A stretch of DNA of 64,000 nucleotides from Octopus vulgaris (taxonomy: Eukaryota): assembly GCA_951406725.2 (NCBI GenBank), contig OX597819.1:64542001-64606000 (forward strand), read 5' to 3'. Positions 1 through 11,505 of the stretch are shown here, piece by piece. The translations under genes were made by a program, and so were the position numbers. Under the pieces are notes generated by a model. That model did not search any database. It was not told where the DNA came from and was given only the letters and a program-made list of their open reading frames with translations. Every line of letters begins with the position of its first letter. The first letter of the stretch is position 1.

Positions 1-524
1 CCACACTTCATCGATTGTTGCTTCACTAAAAATGGAATGCACAATAAAATATTCAACAGTCACACTATAAAACTATATATATATATATATATAATTTTAA
101 TTCCTATTTGCGTGTACATATGTGTATGTGTGTATGTGTATCTGTAAGTATGTCTCTGTTTGATTATGTGAATGTTTCAAGCCAAGCGTGTGTGAGTCTA
201 TATATGTGTTGTGATACAATCATGAAGAGGATATCTCTAAGGTACAATTAATATGAACTGTTACTTATTTAACAAACGGATTCTATCCAAGAGACATTCA
301 TGAGCTGGAGAGAAGAATAAAATCGTTCATTTTATTCCATGAAGCACGAAAGAATTACCGAATTTAATGCCAAAATTAATACCCGAATGTTCAGGTGTAT
401 AATTTCTACTACGGTTATTAATTTTATTTATATCGATGCTATCCCTCAAGTGAACAATATATCGCTAAATCCAGATTTGTAAATATTAAAAAAATACATA
501 ACTGTTGATAGGCATATACACTTA

Positions 525-532
525 TGTATATA

Positions 533-601
<69 letters not shown>

Positions 602-603
602 AT

Positions 604-640
<37 letters not shown>

Positions 641-699
641 ATATATATATATTGAGTGAGACAGGGTGGTACATAGATTAATAGACAAATATGCAAGTG

Positions 700-762
<63 letters not shown>

Positions 763-830
763 GTATGTGCGTGCGTACATGCATGCATACATACACGCAC
801 ACACACTCTCATACACATATATATGTGTGA
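525..830. repeat. Compound (TA)n/(TG)n/(CA)n microsatellite
   Basis: Dinucleotide runs read directly; explains the YIYI/THTH ORFs here. Confidence 0.95.
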
Positions 831-1600
831 ACAGCGGGGAACTAATATAACTGGCTTCACATTTATCCCATAGAACTAATGCAACAGCATATGGGAAATA
901 GATAACCGAGCATTTTCTAGAACCTATATAAGATCGATAATTATGCAATATCGATTACATAATATCGATGATACTAAAGGAGACTAATAGCCCTTCCACA
1001 AATTCCTATTTTAAATTAATTGTTAGCTATATTTTGGTGAAGCATTTGTACCCGAGGACTAAATGTGAAAATTGTATTTTCGTTCATCGCATCCTATTAA
1101 ATAAGTTCTGAATGTGTTAAGAGACAGGTTTTCTAAGTTTGTGTGAAAACAAGTAGACAATATTTCTTCTACTCTACAATTGTTCCGGTCTTAAATGTTC
1201 TCTTAACTGATTGGTATTTGTAAGAGCTGTAAGAGTATTGAAAGAGGCAACTGCCTAGATTACTCGATTTATATATGTATATATATGAGAAAACGGTATG
1301 GACGATTTTTTGGAGTCTAATAATATCATGTACGCCTATTTGATTATGAAGATTTACAAACATACTTTCCCAGTGAAACTCGGTTTACCTACCATTATAA
1401 ACAATACCAAATGTTTTTCTCAAACCTTTCATAATGTGATACAAGTCTTTGGTGTAGCAATTGCATGCGGGTGAAGAGGGCTTTTGGACTATCTGTTATG
1501 TCGATTATGCATTGATGTAAGAATAAGTTGTTCTATAAAGCTCGAAACATATGTACCGCGACATCCTTTGTGTCCTGTTTTTCATTTTACTTCATTTGAT

Positions 1601-1665
<65 letters not shown>

Positions 1666-1667
<2 letters not shown>

Positions 1668-2196
1668 AAAATTAAAATGAGTGGGAAAAATTGGATATTA
1701 ATTTGATAATATCAATTTTAACACCAGTGGTCTTGCATATAAAAAAAACTGAGGTCCAGTAAATAGTATTACATATATAAATATAAGAGGGAATTTTGTC
1801 AATATGTAGAAGCCCTTATGCTAGAAGAAGATCCGCTATGGTCTTAACCAATACGATCATACTGAAGATCTATAGATAAATTATCTAACTACAATTACAT
1901 AATTTGCTGATTGTGAAACGTGTGTTTATGATTAATCTATATCTTTGATACTTTTCATGTGTCTTTCTCGCTTCCGTTTCTGGTCTTTGGTAAGTTTTCT
2001 AGAGAACAATTCTGAGTGTTAAGACCATACCGGATCTTTTAGTATAAGGGTTTCCACATAGTGGTAAAATTCCCTCTTATATTTATATATGTAATACTAT
2101 TTACTAAACCTCAGTTTTTTTATATGCTAGACCAGTGGTGTTAACATTGATGTTATCAAATTAATATCCAATTTTTCACCCTCATTTTAATTTTAA
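1666..2196 (+). mobile_element. Palindromic non-autonomous Penelope-like (pLTR-type) element next to (TA)n
   Basis: 1666-1848 is the diverged reverse complement of 2018-2196 (ttaaaattaaaatgag...gtcttaac vs gttaagac...ctcattttaattttaa). The spacer holds a hammerhead motif. Confidence 0.75.
1855..1933 (+). ncRNA. Minimal type I hammerhead ribozyme motif (decayed)
   Basis: GAUCAUA-CUGAAGA-[long AU-rich stem II]-GAAAC-GUGU-GUU|UAUGAUU. Helix I GAUCAUA/UAUGAUU pairs over 7 bp; loop III GUGU looks like CpG-decayed palindromic GCGC. Confidence 0.7.
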
Positions 2197-2400
2197 TTTT
2201 ATATTAATACGTTCTCAAACCGGCAAAGACTACTGCAGTGAATTATTTTATGCCATATTATTTCCGGTATTTTAGCGCGTCGAAACGAAGACTTTTGAAA
2301 AATAACCGCAACTGTAATAGGTAGAACTGCATGTATTTTCGATCTCGTGTTGATGTCTGGCGTGTAGTTCTGCAGCTGATATATATATATATATGTATAG

Positions 2401-2621
2401 ACGATCATAATGAAGATCTACAGATAAATTGTGTAAGTAAAATTACGTAATTTGTTGATAGTGAAACATGTGTTTATGATTAATCTATATTTTGTTACTT
2501 TTCATTTGTCTTGCTCGATTACGTTTCTGGTGTTTGGTAAATTTTCTAGAGAACAATTCTTAGTGGTTAAGACCATAGCGGATCTTCAAGCATAAGGGTG
2601 TTCACATAATGGTAAAATTCC

Positions 2622-2625
<4 letters not shown>
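2401..2625 (+). mobile_element. Second, truncated copy of the 1666-2196 family with mutated hammerhead core
   Basis: Aligns by eye to 1853-2077; core reads AUGAAGA...GAAACAUGUGUU|UAUGAUU; (TA)n on both sides. Confidence 0.75.
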
Positions 2626-2659
<34 letters not shown>

Positions 2660-2686
2660 TGTATGTATGTATCTCTCTCTCTCTCC

Positions 2687-2759
<73 letters not shown>

Positions 2760-2781
2760 TATGATTATATGAATTTGTATG

Positions 2782-3639
2782 TATATTATCTGAAATGTAT
2801 AATATCAAATATCCATCACGGCTGGTCTTACCAATCGGTTTTGCGTAAAGTATGCAATGGAGCTTTCTGTAACAAACAGATTATATAATATTACGCTCAT
2901 CAGAATTAGCCGATACGTAAGGGAATATGATGACTGCTCTCTACTCCCTGAGTTATGCTCACTTAGATGGCTCACGCACGAACGCAAGCACGCACTGGTA
3001 CATAACGTAGAGTGCATTCCACTAGATCTTCCTCAGCTTGAGCCATATTCCTACGCTTATAAGCGTAGCACTGTTCATAGACATCAAAGATCATATTATT
3101 TTTTAAACATCCTTTAGAAATGGATTTGGAATATTACAGCATTGGATATTCAACAAAGAATACCCCAACACTTCCGTTCGAGCTCCATACAAGTTTGCTG
3201 CTGGAGAAAACATTCGAATTGTTCAGGTGGATGGGATTAAATGGTTTTTACTTTGCCCAAACCACCAACAGAAGCCGAACATTTGGGGCTTAAGTGTAGG
3301 AAGTTTTCATCCAAGATTAAGTAACTGGAAGCCTTCAAGGACGACCTATGGAACATAGTACCCCGCCGGGAATTCTGTAAGTTCTCGAGCCCTTTCCAAA
3401 GTAAACTTAGAACAGACACCCGATAGCTTTAATTTTCTGATAGGACCAGTCTCTTCTCCGACCAAAAAAAAAAAGAATAGAGGGCAGTCACCATATTCCC
3501 GTCCAAATGGCTTAACTCTAATGATGGTAAACTTATATAATCGGTTTGTTACCTAACGCTCCCTTGTATACTTTGCGCGATATGGATTTGTAAAACCAGC
3601 CGTGATGGATATTAAATACTATACATTTCGGATAATATA
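2782..3639 (+). mobile_element. Penelope-like element remnant with ~105-bp inverted terminal arms
   Basis: 2782-2888 is the reverse complement of 3533-3639 (atccatcacggctgg / ccagccgtgatggat); encloses a PLE ORF remnant. Confidence 0.65.
3120..3465 (+). pseudogene. N-terminus of a Naiad-type Penelope-like RT ORF (stops, frameshift)
   Basis: MDLEYYSIGYSTKNTPT..LLLEKTFELFRWM then (frameshift) FGLK..IK*LEAFKDDLWNIV..EFCK..SPFQSKLRTD. This resembles the PLE pattern YSxKNIP..LIEK..RMRWK..FGFKS..LxxFExDL..FQxKLxxD as I recall it. Confidence 0.6.
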
Positions 3640-3899
3640 GACACTCACACACACACACACACACACGTACGTATATACATACGATAGAATTCAGACATCA
3701 TACTTGATATATTTATATTCTGTGATGTGTTATTAATATTTGAACAACATTGCGCTTATTTCTTAAATACACTGTTTATGTACTTTCATTATTTTAATAT
3801 TCACTACAATATTAAATAACTAGCCAGACTTCAGTTTTCGTCTATTGCAATCGAATCCTTCAAGAACTTTGCTCCTATGATTATTCACCTTTTCTCTTA

Positions 3900-4620
3900 C
3901 TATATATGCTTAACGCACATGAATTCTGTGCTGTGGAACTCATCCCGATTATAGCAAAACACAACAACATCCAAATATGTGAGGTCAGAACTTCAAGTTG
4001 AGATCTTCCGATTAGTCATCATTCAGCGCTTCAAAACCTGCGTATACATTTTGAGATGCACGGACATAATATATGACCTCCTGTCATTTTCCTGTTTGGT
4101 TCAAAAGCGATTTTTAGGAGGTATGTCTTCTTATTTTAGTGTCACACATCTAATTATAATTATATCCGAACAGAAAACTTGTTCTTTTGAAACCAGTGAT
4201 TATTTCTGTAAGCAGTCGTAAACCATGCACGAAAGTGAAATTTGCTGACAGAATCCACATCATGGAAGGCCCCGTCATTGACATATGAAAATGTCCTATA
4301 TTATTAGAGAGTAAGACGTGATATGTTACAGTAAGTGCAGCATATATATTTTTAACCAGATGGTTCATATACCACTGGCAAGCGAAAGGTCTGAAGCTGT
4401 GTTACGTGATATACAGATTCCATAGTACAAATATAGTTGCCTTCAACCATTCATTGCTTGAAAGAGTGGATTTTCATGTGATCAATGTTACACTGAGACG
4501 GTTCAGAGTAGAGGAATTTGTGCCCTGGTGCGGCTTGAGCAACTGTGCATGTTGTGAAACGTACGGTTTTTGCCATTACAAATGTACACAAATATTGAAT
4601 GTGTCTCGACATAACTATAT
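3900..4620 (-). mobile_element. Highly decayed hAT-family transposase remnant
   Basis: Minus-strand fragments in expected order: VSQHAQLL (~4535-4560), DGA/PSM (~4260-4280), HW..QVFC (~4165-4200). These resemble hAT TDxSxxAQL, DGAxxM and HCxxH motifs. Confidence 0.45.
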
Positions 4621-6560
4621 TTCCTTCGATGCTACATAGTAGAGAGCTATTTTTTTTTTTTCAGCTTCTGAACATTTTCATGTGTCAGCTAACGTAGCAT
4701 TTGCTACTTTAACCTATGAGCGATCCATCTCTTAGTCGCAAAATTCAACAGCTTGGCATACATTCCTGATGAAGCGTAACGTCACAAAAACACATGGATC
4801 ATACGGTCCGGTGATGTTATCCATGTGTTTAAAGCCGTACACTTTATAAATAGAGAACGTGTGCAGTATTTTGTCTTTCCATGTCCTAATAAAGGCAAAA
4901 ATGGGGAATATAACTGAACATATCCTTTATTTCATTCAACGACACTTAGATTTCACACATACATATAAATACATACATACACATACACACGTGTACCGAC
5001 CGCACACATACATACGCACACACACATACACACACGCGCACAGATGTTCAGAATAGCAACAAAAGAAAGATGATTTTACGCTGCTGCTACCAAAATTTAT
5101 GTAACGACATAATTCTACAGGAAGACTCAATCAAAAAGATTAAAAGAATATGAGATTAATTTTTCGCGAAAAACCCCCAGATATTCTTTGGCAAAGGAAC
5201 ACAAAATAAGAAAAAAAACGGTGGAATTAAGCAACGAAAGATGTCTGACAAAATGGAGTAACTGGTTATGTACCCCAGTTAACTCTTCGTTTCAGCCGCG
5301 TCTCGCAGATATGACTGCAAAGGTGTTGCCGCGGAAAACGTCTTGCTATACTCGCTAACCTTACAGACATTCATACATGCACAATTATGTCACATCTATA
5401 TATACAAGCACAATACTGAATATATAATGTGTAAAGAAGGACCAGTATAAAGCTTAGGCAAACCTACATATCTACACATACGTAATATGCTGGCAATTAC
5501 CTCCCCTCTTCCACCTGTACGCAGGAAACTTCATTCCGCCATTGCAAATTCCCGTCTTTCAATCTCCACCATCTCACCATGAGTTGACATAGAAGCGTAC
5601 AAATAATTTTTGCAACTCCATTCTGATTGTTCTTTTCTTCTTTTTCTACAGTTCTTGTTTTTTTATGCCTGGAAATAGCAAGGTCAGTTTCAACAGAAAA
5701 CTACCTGAACTTTTAATGTTGCTTCCCTGGTAGATTACGTACGCGTATAGGTGCATGCATACACCCAGACAGTCTTTTTATTTCTCATACACAAATACAC
5801 ACACACACACCAAAACACGCTCACACACACAGCCACACTCACACACCTATAAAAAACAACCATTAAAGAATCAGTACAGAAGTGAATGATTTCTCTAAAT
5901 TATCACAGACGTATTTGCACTAAGTGTCTATAGGAAAGTCAGTGAGTCTGTACACGTTGCTTATCATCATATAATGTTTGTAAATTCTAACATGACTTTC
6001 CTTAGATTCTTAGCAATCAAGTCGTAGGCATTAACAAACACCTTTAACCCTTTACTTTTTGACACAATCCGGTTCACCGTTATTTCGAAAAATTTCGTAT
6101 ATTCTTTTACGTTATTCATTTTCACACACACACACACACTCAGACACACACACACACACACACACTCACACACACACACACTCACACACATATCGCTTTA
6201 TATAGATATGTGCAGCTCAACACAGTGAATGTAACGACATTGTACATTAACCATAAACAACCTATACAGACATGGCTTCGACAACATAGTATAACTGAAT
6301 ATAATAATATACTCACGCATACAAACAAACATATATATAAATATATGCAGCTTGCCCAAGAGGTTTTATACACCCATACTTGTTAACGTTTATTTTTAAT
6401 AATTTTCTCACCGTATTCCGTATTCCTTTCTTTTTTTTTTCTAGCTGGGATTTTATTTTTGATCTTCTATGTATATGACGATATTTCCTCCGTCTGGCTG
6501 CTTTTCTCTCTACAGAACGAGAAGTTACATTGTCAAACTGTTATTGTAACGAGTTGTATC

Positions 6561-6680
6561 TATTTATCACCTGATGAGACACATCTGCATCACCGGATGC
6601 TCCCGAGTCTGTTGATGAGTGTCCCACTCGTGAGGGATCGATGCTAGATGTCTCGAAATCCTAGTCCTTATTAATTATAA
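6561..6680 (+). ncRNA. Hammerhead-like core with extended stem II; helix I not intact
   Basis: CUGAUGA (6571) GACACAUCUGCAUC...GAUGCUAGAUGUCUC GAAA (6655) UCCUAGUC; stem II pairs over ~13 bp with one mismatch and one bulge. Confidence 0.45.
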
Positions 6681-6727
6681 ATTCTCGCATATTCCATCTT
6701 CCGTCTTTTATTTGACACACACACATA

Positions 6728-7324
6728 CCAGGGGGAAGTCAAAAATGGTCTGCACTTTCCACATCAAATATCTTTATTATTATCACACTGCCTTCTGCGC
6801 ATGCATGTTTGTAGTGGGTACTACTGTCGTCACGTGATCGATGTTTGAGCCTAATTCCGCCATTTTTCTTTCTGGATTTACCATGTAATCATGGCCGCTC
6901 CACTAGCAATGTGCACTAAAGAAAAACAAATAGCAGTGATCCGAGAGATGGTAATGGTGAGACGGTTCACTATTACCGTCTCTTGAGCTTGCTGAATCTT
7001 TTCGTCAGTTGTAGATGTTGACGGGTGTCACGCTTGTCCGGCCACTTATAAAATTCTCGTTCCACTCATGTACATTTCCAGGCGGTAGCGCACTGACCCC
7101 GTCTTGTGCTGAAAGCTTCCGACACACTTTTCGACCAGAGAAATCAGATCTTTGTTCTTCTTTGGTGCACATTGCTAATAGAGTCGCCATGCTTACACTG
7201 TAAATCCAGAGAGAAAAACGACGCGATCACGTGACTGCAAGAGTACCAACAATAAGCAAGTATGTGTAAAAAAGCAGTGTGACAGTAATAACGTTATGTA
7301 ATGGTGAAAGTGTAGATACCCTCG
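6728..7324. mobile_element. Mariner-derived palindromic element built from two inverted left ends
   Basis: TA-flanked. Both arms carry the transposase start (plus MAAPLAMCTKEKQ ~6891; minus ORF 7005-7190 MATLLAMCTKEEQRS..LSAQ.G.SAL..V.EW..F.SGRTSVT, a mariner HTH region). Confidence 0.75.
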
Positions 7325-7341
7325 TATACATACATGCATAC

Positions 7342-7415
<74 letters not shown>

Positions 7416-7426
7416 ATATATATATA

Positions 7427-8309
7427 CAGTGTGTGATGTGAAAATTTTCACAATCTTCTATTTGTAATTTCGTGCAAGCGCATTGTATTTTTTATTTTGT
7501 TGACTACACCGTATCATAGGATCATTTGTGCTCCGTATTTGAGAAAACCAGGTCAATGACGCATTCACTCTGCCAGGAATTTGGAAAAAAGTGCTATACT
7601 ACTTGCCATTTGTGGCGGAAGCTCCTATACAATCAGTTCAGTGTGTTTGCGTGTCAATCTGAGACAATGCAATCTGAGGAGATGTATCGGGAGGGATAAA
7701 CATGAAACATCCAGTCAACATTATGGTGTTTGGAATTAAGACTAGTGATGGGGACGTTATTCCTCCATTCTTCCAGCACAGCGTCAGTCTCAACATGGAG
7801 GCCTTTCTCAAGTGCCTGGAATAGTTAGTGCTGTTCTGGGTATAAAAGGTTGTTGCTGGACGACCCTATGTCTGGCAACAGGTTTCTGCAACATACGACA
7901 CAAGCAGGAGACCGAAGCCATGGCTGTCAGACAATTTGTGCAACCACTTCACCCCTAATAACTGGTCACGTAACTCTTCAGGCTGCATGGCCCTCGATTA
8001 TTATGTATGGAGTTGTGTTGATCGAGAGACCAACAAAAATCTTTGTAACACCAGAGATGAACTGCAGGCAAGGAGTTTGACATCATTCACTAACTTAAAC
8101 AGCATGGAGACCGTCCAAAATAGTTGCAGGATGTTCCGAAGTCGTCTGGTCGCTGTAGTTGAAAGCAATGGGAATTTTGGTGAATAAATTTACTCTTTAG
8201 CATTTCAAGATGATTTTATTTAACTTCGCGAAATGTATCTGCTAAAATGAGATGTCAGTGTTATTTTCATGTTTGCGTAATTTTGGCAACAATTTATTCA
8301 TCGCACCCT
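7427..8309 (+). mobile_element. Internally deleted Tc1/mariner-superfamily transposon
   Basis: Degenerate TIRs (cagtgtgtgatg / catcgcaccct). Transposase debris KHPVNIMVFG..GRPYVWQQ..WSRNSSGCMALDYYVW corresponds to WPPxSPDxNPLDYxVW. Confidence 0.8.
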
Positions 8310-8709
8310 CCTCTACATCTAATTATCTGTCAGTTTTCTGTAAATCCCCTAGGTATACGAAGGGAGATAAATCGTTATTCTTGATTGCAACCATTTTTTT
8401 CTGAATAAGTGCAATTTAAAAAAAAAAACATATTTTACTACTAATTACACAAATCTTTAAATTCCTCATAGAAGTAAGAGTAGTATAATTTGCTTTTGTC
8501 CTTCTATTTTTCTTCTGCACAATAGAACATATCTGCTAGTCGATTTAAATGCCACAACTAATGTCATTCATTCACGCCATTCATCTACTAATGCTCAGGC
8601 AACGCCCAGACTGATGTCGTGATCCAATTCTGTATTTCATATTTTTGCACCACATTTTCTCATGGCTATACAAGGAAGAATTTATACACAGAACGAAAGA
8701 GACAATGAC

Positions 8710-8770
<61 letters not shown>

Positions 8771-8976
8771 TGTATGTATTTGTTAATATAGGCATGAATA
8801 TTTATTTATTAAATTTTAGTGTACATGTATGTATTTATAAATTCTTAGACTTTTTAAAATATATCATATAAATGTATGCATCTATGTATGTATATTGTAT
8901 AGCATGGGGAATTTCGTTAATATAGATTGAATGATTATGTACATCGTTCTTTGAATGTGTCTTCTCTCCTTAATTT

Positions 8977-9015
<39 letters not shown>

Positions 9016-9028
9016 ACACACACACACA

Positions 9029-9066
<38 letters not shown>

Positions 9067-9796
9067 GTATGTATGTGTGTGTGTGTATCTGATCCCTGTA
9101 AGTCTATATGTATTTGATTCCATCACTTTGCTTGCCTTCGATGGCAAAATTCCAAATCCCCAAATGTGTCCGACTGTAACATCATACAAGACCATAAGAG
9201 AGATAACTCGAATAACGATGATACGCTTAACAACGATAACAGGTCCATAGTATCTAGATTAATACTGATTAATGGAATACCGTATTTAAGTCAACTTTAA
9301 TCATTAAGCAACGTGGAAAATTCATGCAGATGACTTCTTATATAACCCTAAGGGATGATCTACTAATCCTTATAATTGCAAAGACGGGAAGGACAAGGAA
9401 ATGTAAGTTTAATCGTATTAGTATTAATTACAGAATTAGAAATCTACCACGTTACGGTAACGAAACACAAAAGATATAGTTATTTCTTGCAATAACATTT
9501 GCAGATATACATGGATATATATATTCACCTTGTTTGATGTATTTCATTCTAAATAAAAACGAATTTAACTAACTGTTGCATCTCGTAATTTCTTGAAATC
9601 CGTAGCAACACGTTGCAATAGAATCCACACGAATAGAAGGATTATTATTCGCTATTCAAAACTTTTTACATCTGAGCAACATTTGAATGAGTGTAAACGC
9701 CTGCAAAATTAAGGAAATCCATGTGAGTATACCAGAGGCACGACATTACTAGGAATTTTAAAACATCTCATATGAAAATACAAGGAGAGCTGACGA

Positions 9797-9850
9797 AGAG
9801 AGACATGGCCTGGGCCAATCTTTGGTCGATACATATGTAAGTTATCAAAG
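9797..9850 (+). mobile_element. Solo 3' tail of the CR1-group LINE seen at 42065-42497
   Basis: agacatggcctgggccaatctttggtcgatacatatgtaagtt matches 42448-42490. Confidence 0.55.
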
Positions 9851-10705
9851 ATATATACAAAATTTGTGAATAAATATTAGACAGTAACTAAATCTGCATT
9901 AATACCTTAATACATGAGCTCTTACCATAGCTGTAACTGAAAATATAATGATCGTTAATGTTATATACAGTATCGGTTATAAGGCATCTTTAATTCCAAC
10001 AGAATATAGCATATGACTCTCGATCTTGTACCAAATTTTAAAAAGACATGTCTCTCTTCGTCATCTCGCCTTGTATTTTCATGAGATTCCTTAAATTGAG
10101 TACGTGAATAATGTATGAAAAATCAATGATTCCAAACAAACCACAGGTTATAGAGATAAATTTAATTTCTTCACCATAAATATTCAACGGGTACAGTTGC
10201 ACATATACACTCAAACACAAGCACGCGTGCACGCACGCACGCACGCACGCGCACACATTCTCTCACACCCCCACACACATGCACACACACACGCACATGC
10301 ACACTCTCTCTCACGCATACGCACACACGACGAGCCTCCAGAGAAAATATGGTCTGCGTGTTTCCGTAATTGATCCTTAATTTCAGCGATAATATAAACA
10401 AAAAGTTACTTTTTCTCGAATTTTATAGCAAATCATGTTTCTTTACATATCGCAAGCTGGACATATTAAAACACCAACACGCGAAGATTGGTAAGTATAT
10501 ATCTTTTACGATGGCAACAATGGTGTTATCACAGATCGTAAATGTACAGTTAATCAATACAGTAAATAATGATTACATCGCTCAAAATTAATTTAAAAAA
10601 TACGGGGCCGTCCATCCATCAACAATAGTTATAACGGAAACCAAACCGACGATCCAAACCTTGCAATTATACAATAGCTGAATTATTCTTCCATATATAT
10701 ACTAA

Positions 10706-10897
10706 TTCTAAATTTAGGCAAAGTTTAGGTAATTTCAATTACATCGACGCTAGTACTCAACTGGTACTATTTTATCGAGTCCGAGTGGATTAATGGCAAA
10801 GTCAACCTCGGTGGAATATGAACCCAGAACGTAAAGAGGGTCGAAAAACCGCTAGGCATTTTGGCCGGCTTGTTAACGTTTCTACCAGTTCATCGCC
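10706..10897 (-). mobile_element. tRNA-derived SINE, family B (decayed)
   Basis: Reverse complement of the family typified by 27449-27662. Confidence 0.7.
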
Positions 10898-11304
10898 TGA
10901 TTCTCACATTGAAATAAAACTTTAAAGTCATTGATTCCCGAACTTCTCATGTATAAATTGGCTAATGATTAAGATCTAGTAAACTATAGAGAGAAATTCG
11001 TGACGAATATATTTGCGAATGTCATTGGGTTTCACAAATCTTACATCAAAGTCGTGAGCTAGAGTACTCTTTCACTGCTGAATTATTTATGCAACAAAGG
11101 CAAATCTCTTTACATAATAGACAACTTCATCCAAAGATAAACTTCCTGAAATGTCTGCAGTAAAATATAAGTATTACGTAAAACAGTAAATCCGAATCAA
11201 TGTGTAAATACACATCAATAGCTTTATGTGAAAGGATTAATTATACTGACGTATGTGCATCTTAGGGTCTCCAGAAATTTACCAACAAATCATTAAGAAT
11301 ACAC

Positions 11305-11505
11305 TTCTATATTAAATGGATGAGGAATTATTGACATTATTTACGTTATTTATATTTGACGGATAGGAAAAAATTAGATTTATAAGTCCTAAAATTCACT
11401 CCATAATTGCTCACGGGCGTAGTGGTTAAGAGCACGGGCTACTAACCCCAAAATTCCGAGTTCGATTCCGAGTCGTGATAATAATTACATCGAAAAATAC
11501 CTTGC
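11305..11505 (+). mobile_element. Fragment of tRNA-headed, hammerhead-tailed family (see 49832-51025)
   Basis: Inverted tail piece (11305-11367), then tRNA-like head gggcgtagtggttaagagcacgggctactaacccc...gagttcgattcc, then ataattacatcgaaaaatacctt. Confidence 0.6.

Noticed and set aside
439-948. Long ORFs rich in YI/TH/CV dipeptides (also 22722-24300, 36346-36781, 43158-43568 etc.)
   Set aside because: Stop-free dinucleotide microsatellite translations, not genes.
11415-11475. tRNA gene (also 28474-28545 and other SINE heads)
   Set aside because: A and B boxes are present but the acceptor stem is incomplete and each runs into repeat bodies; these are SINE heads.
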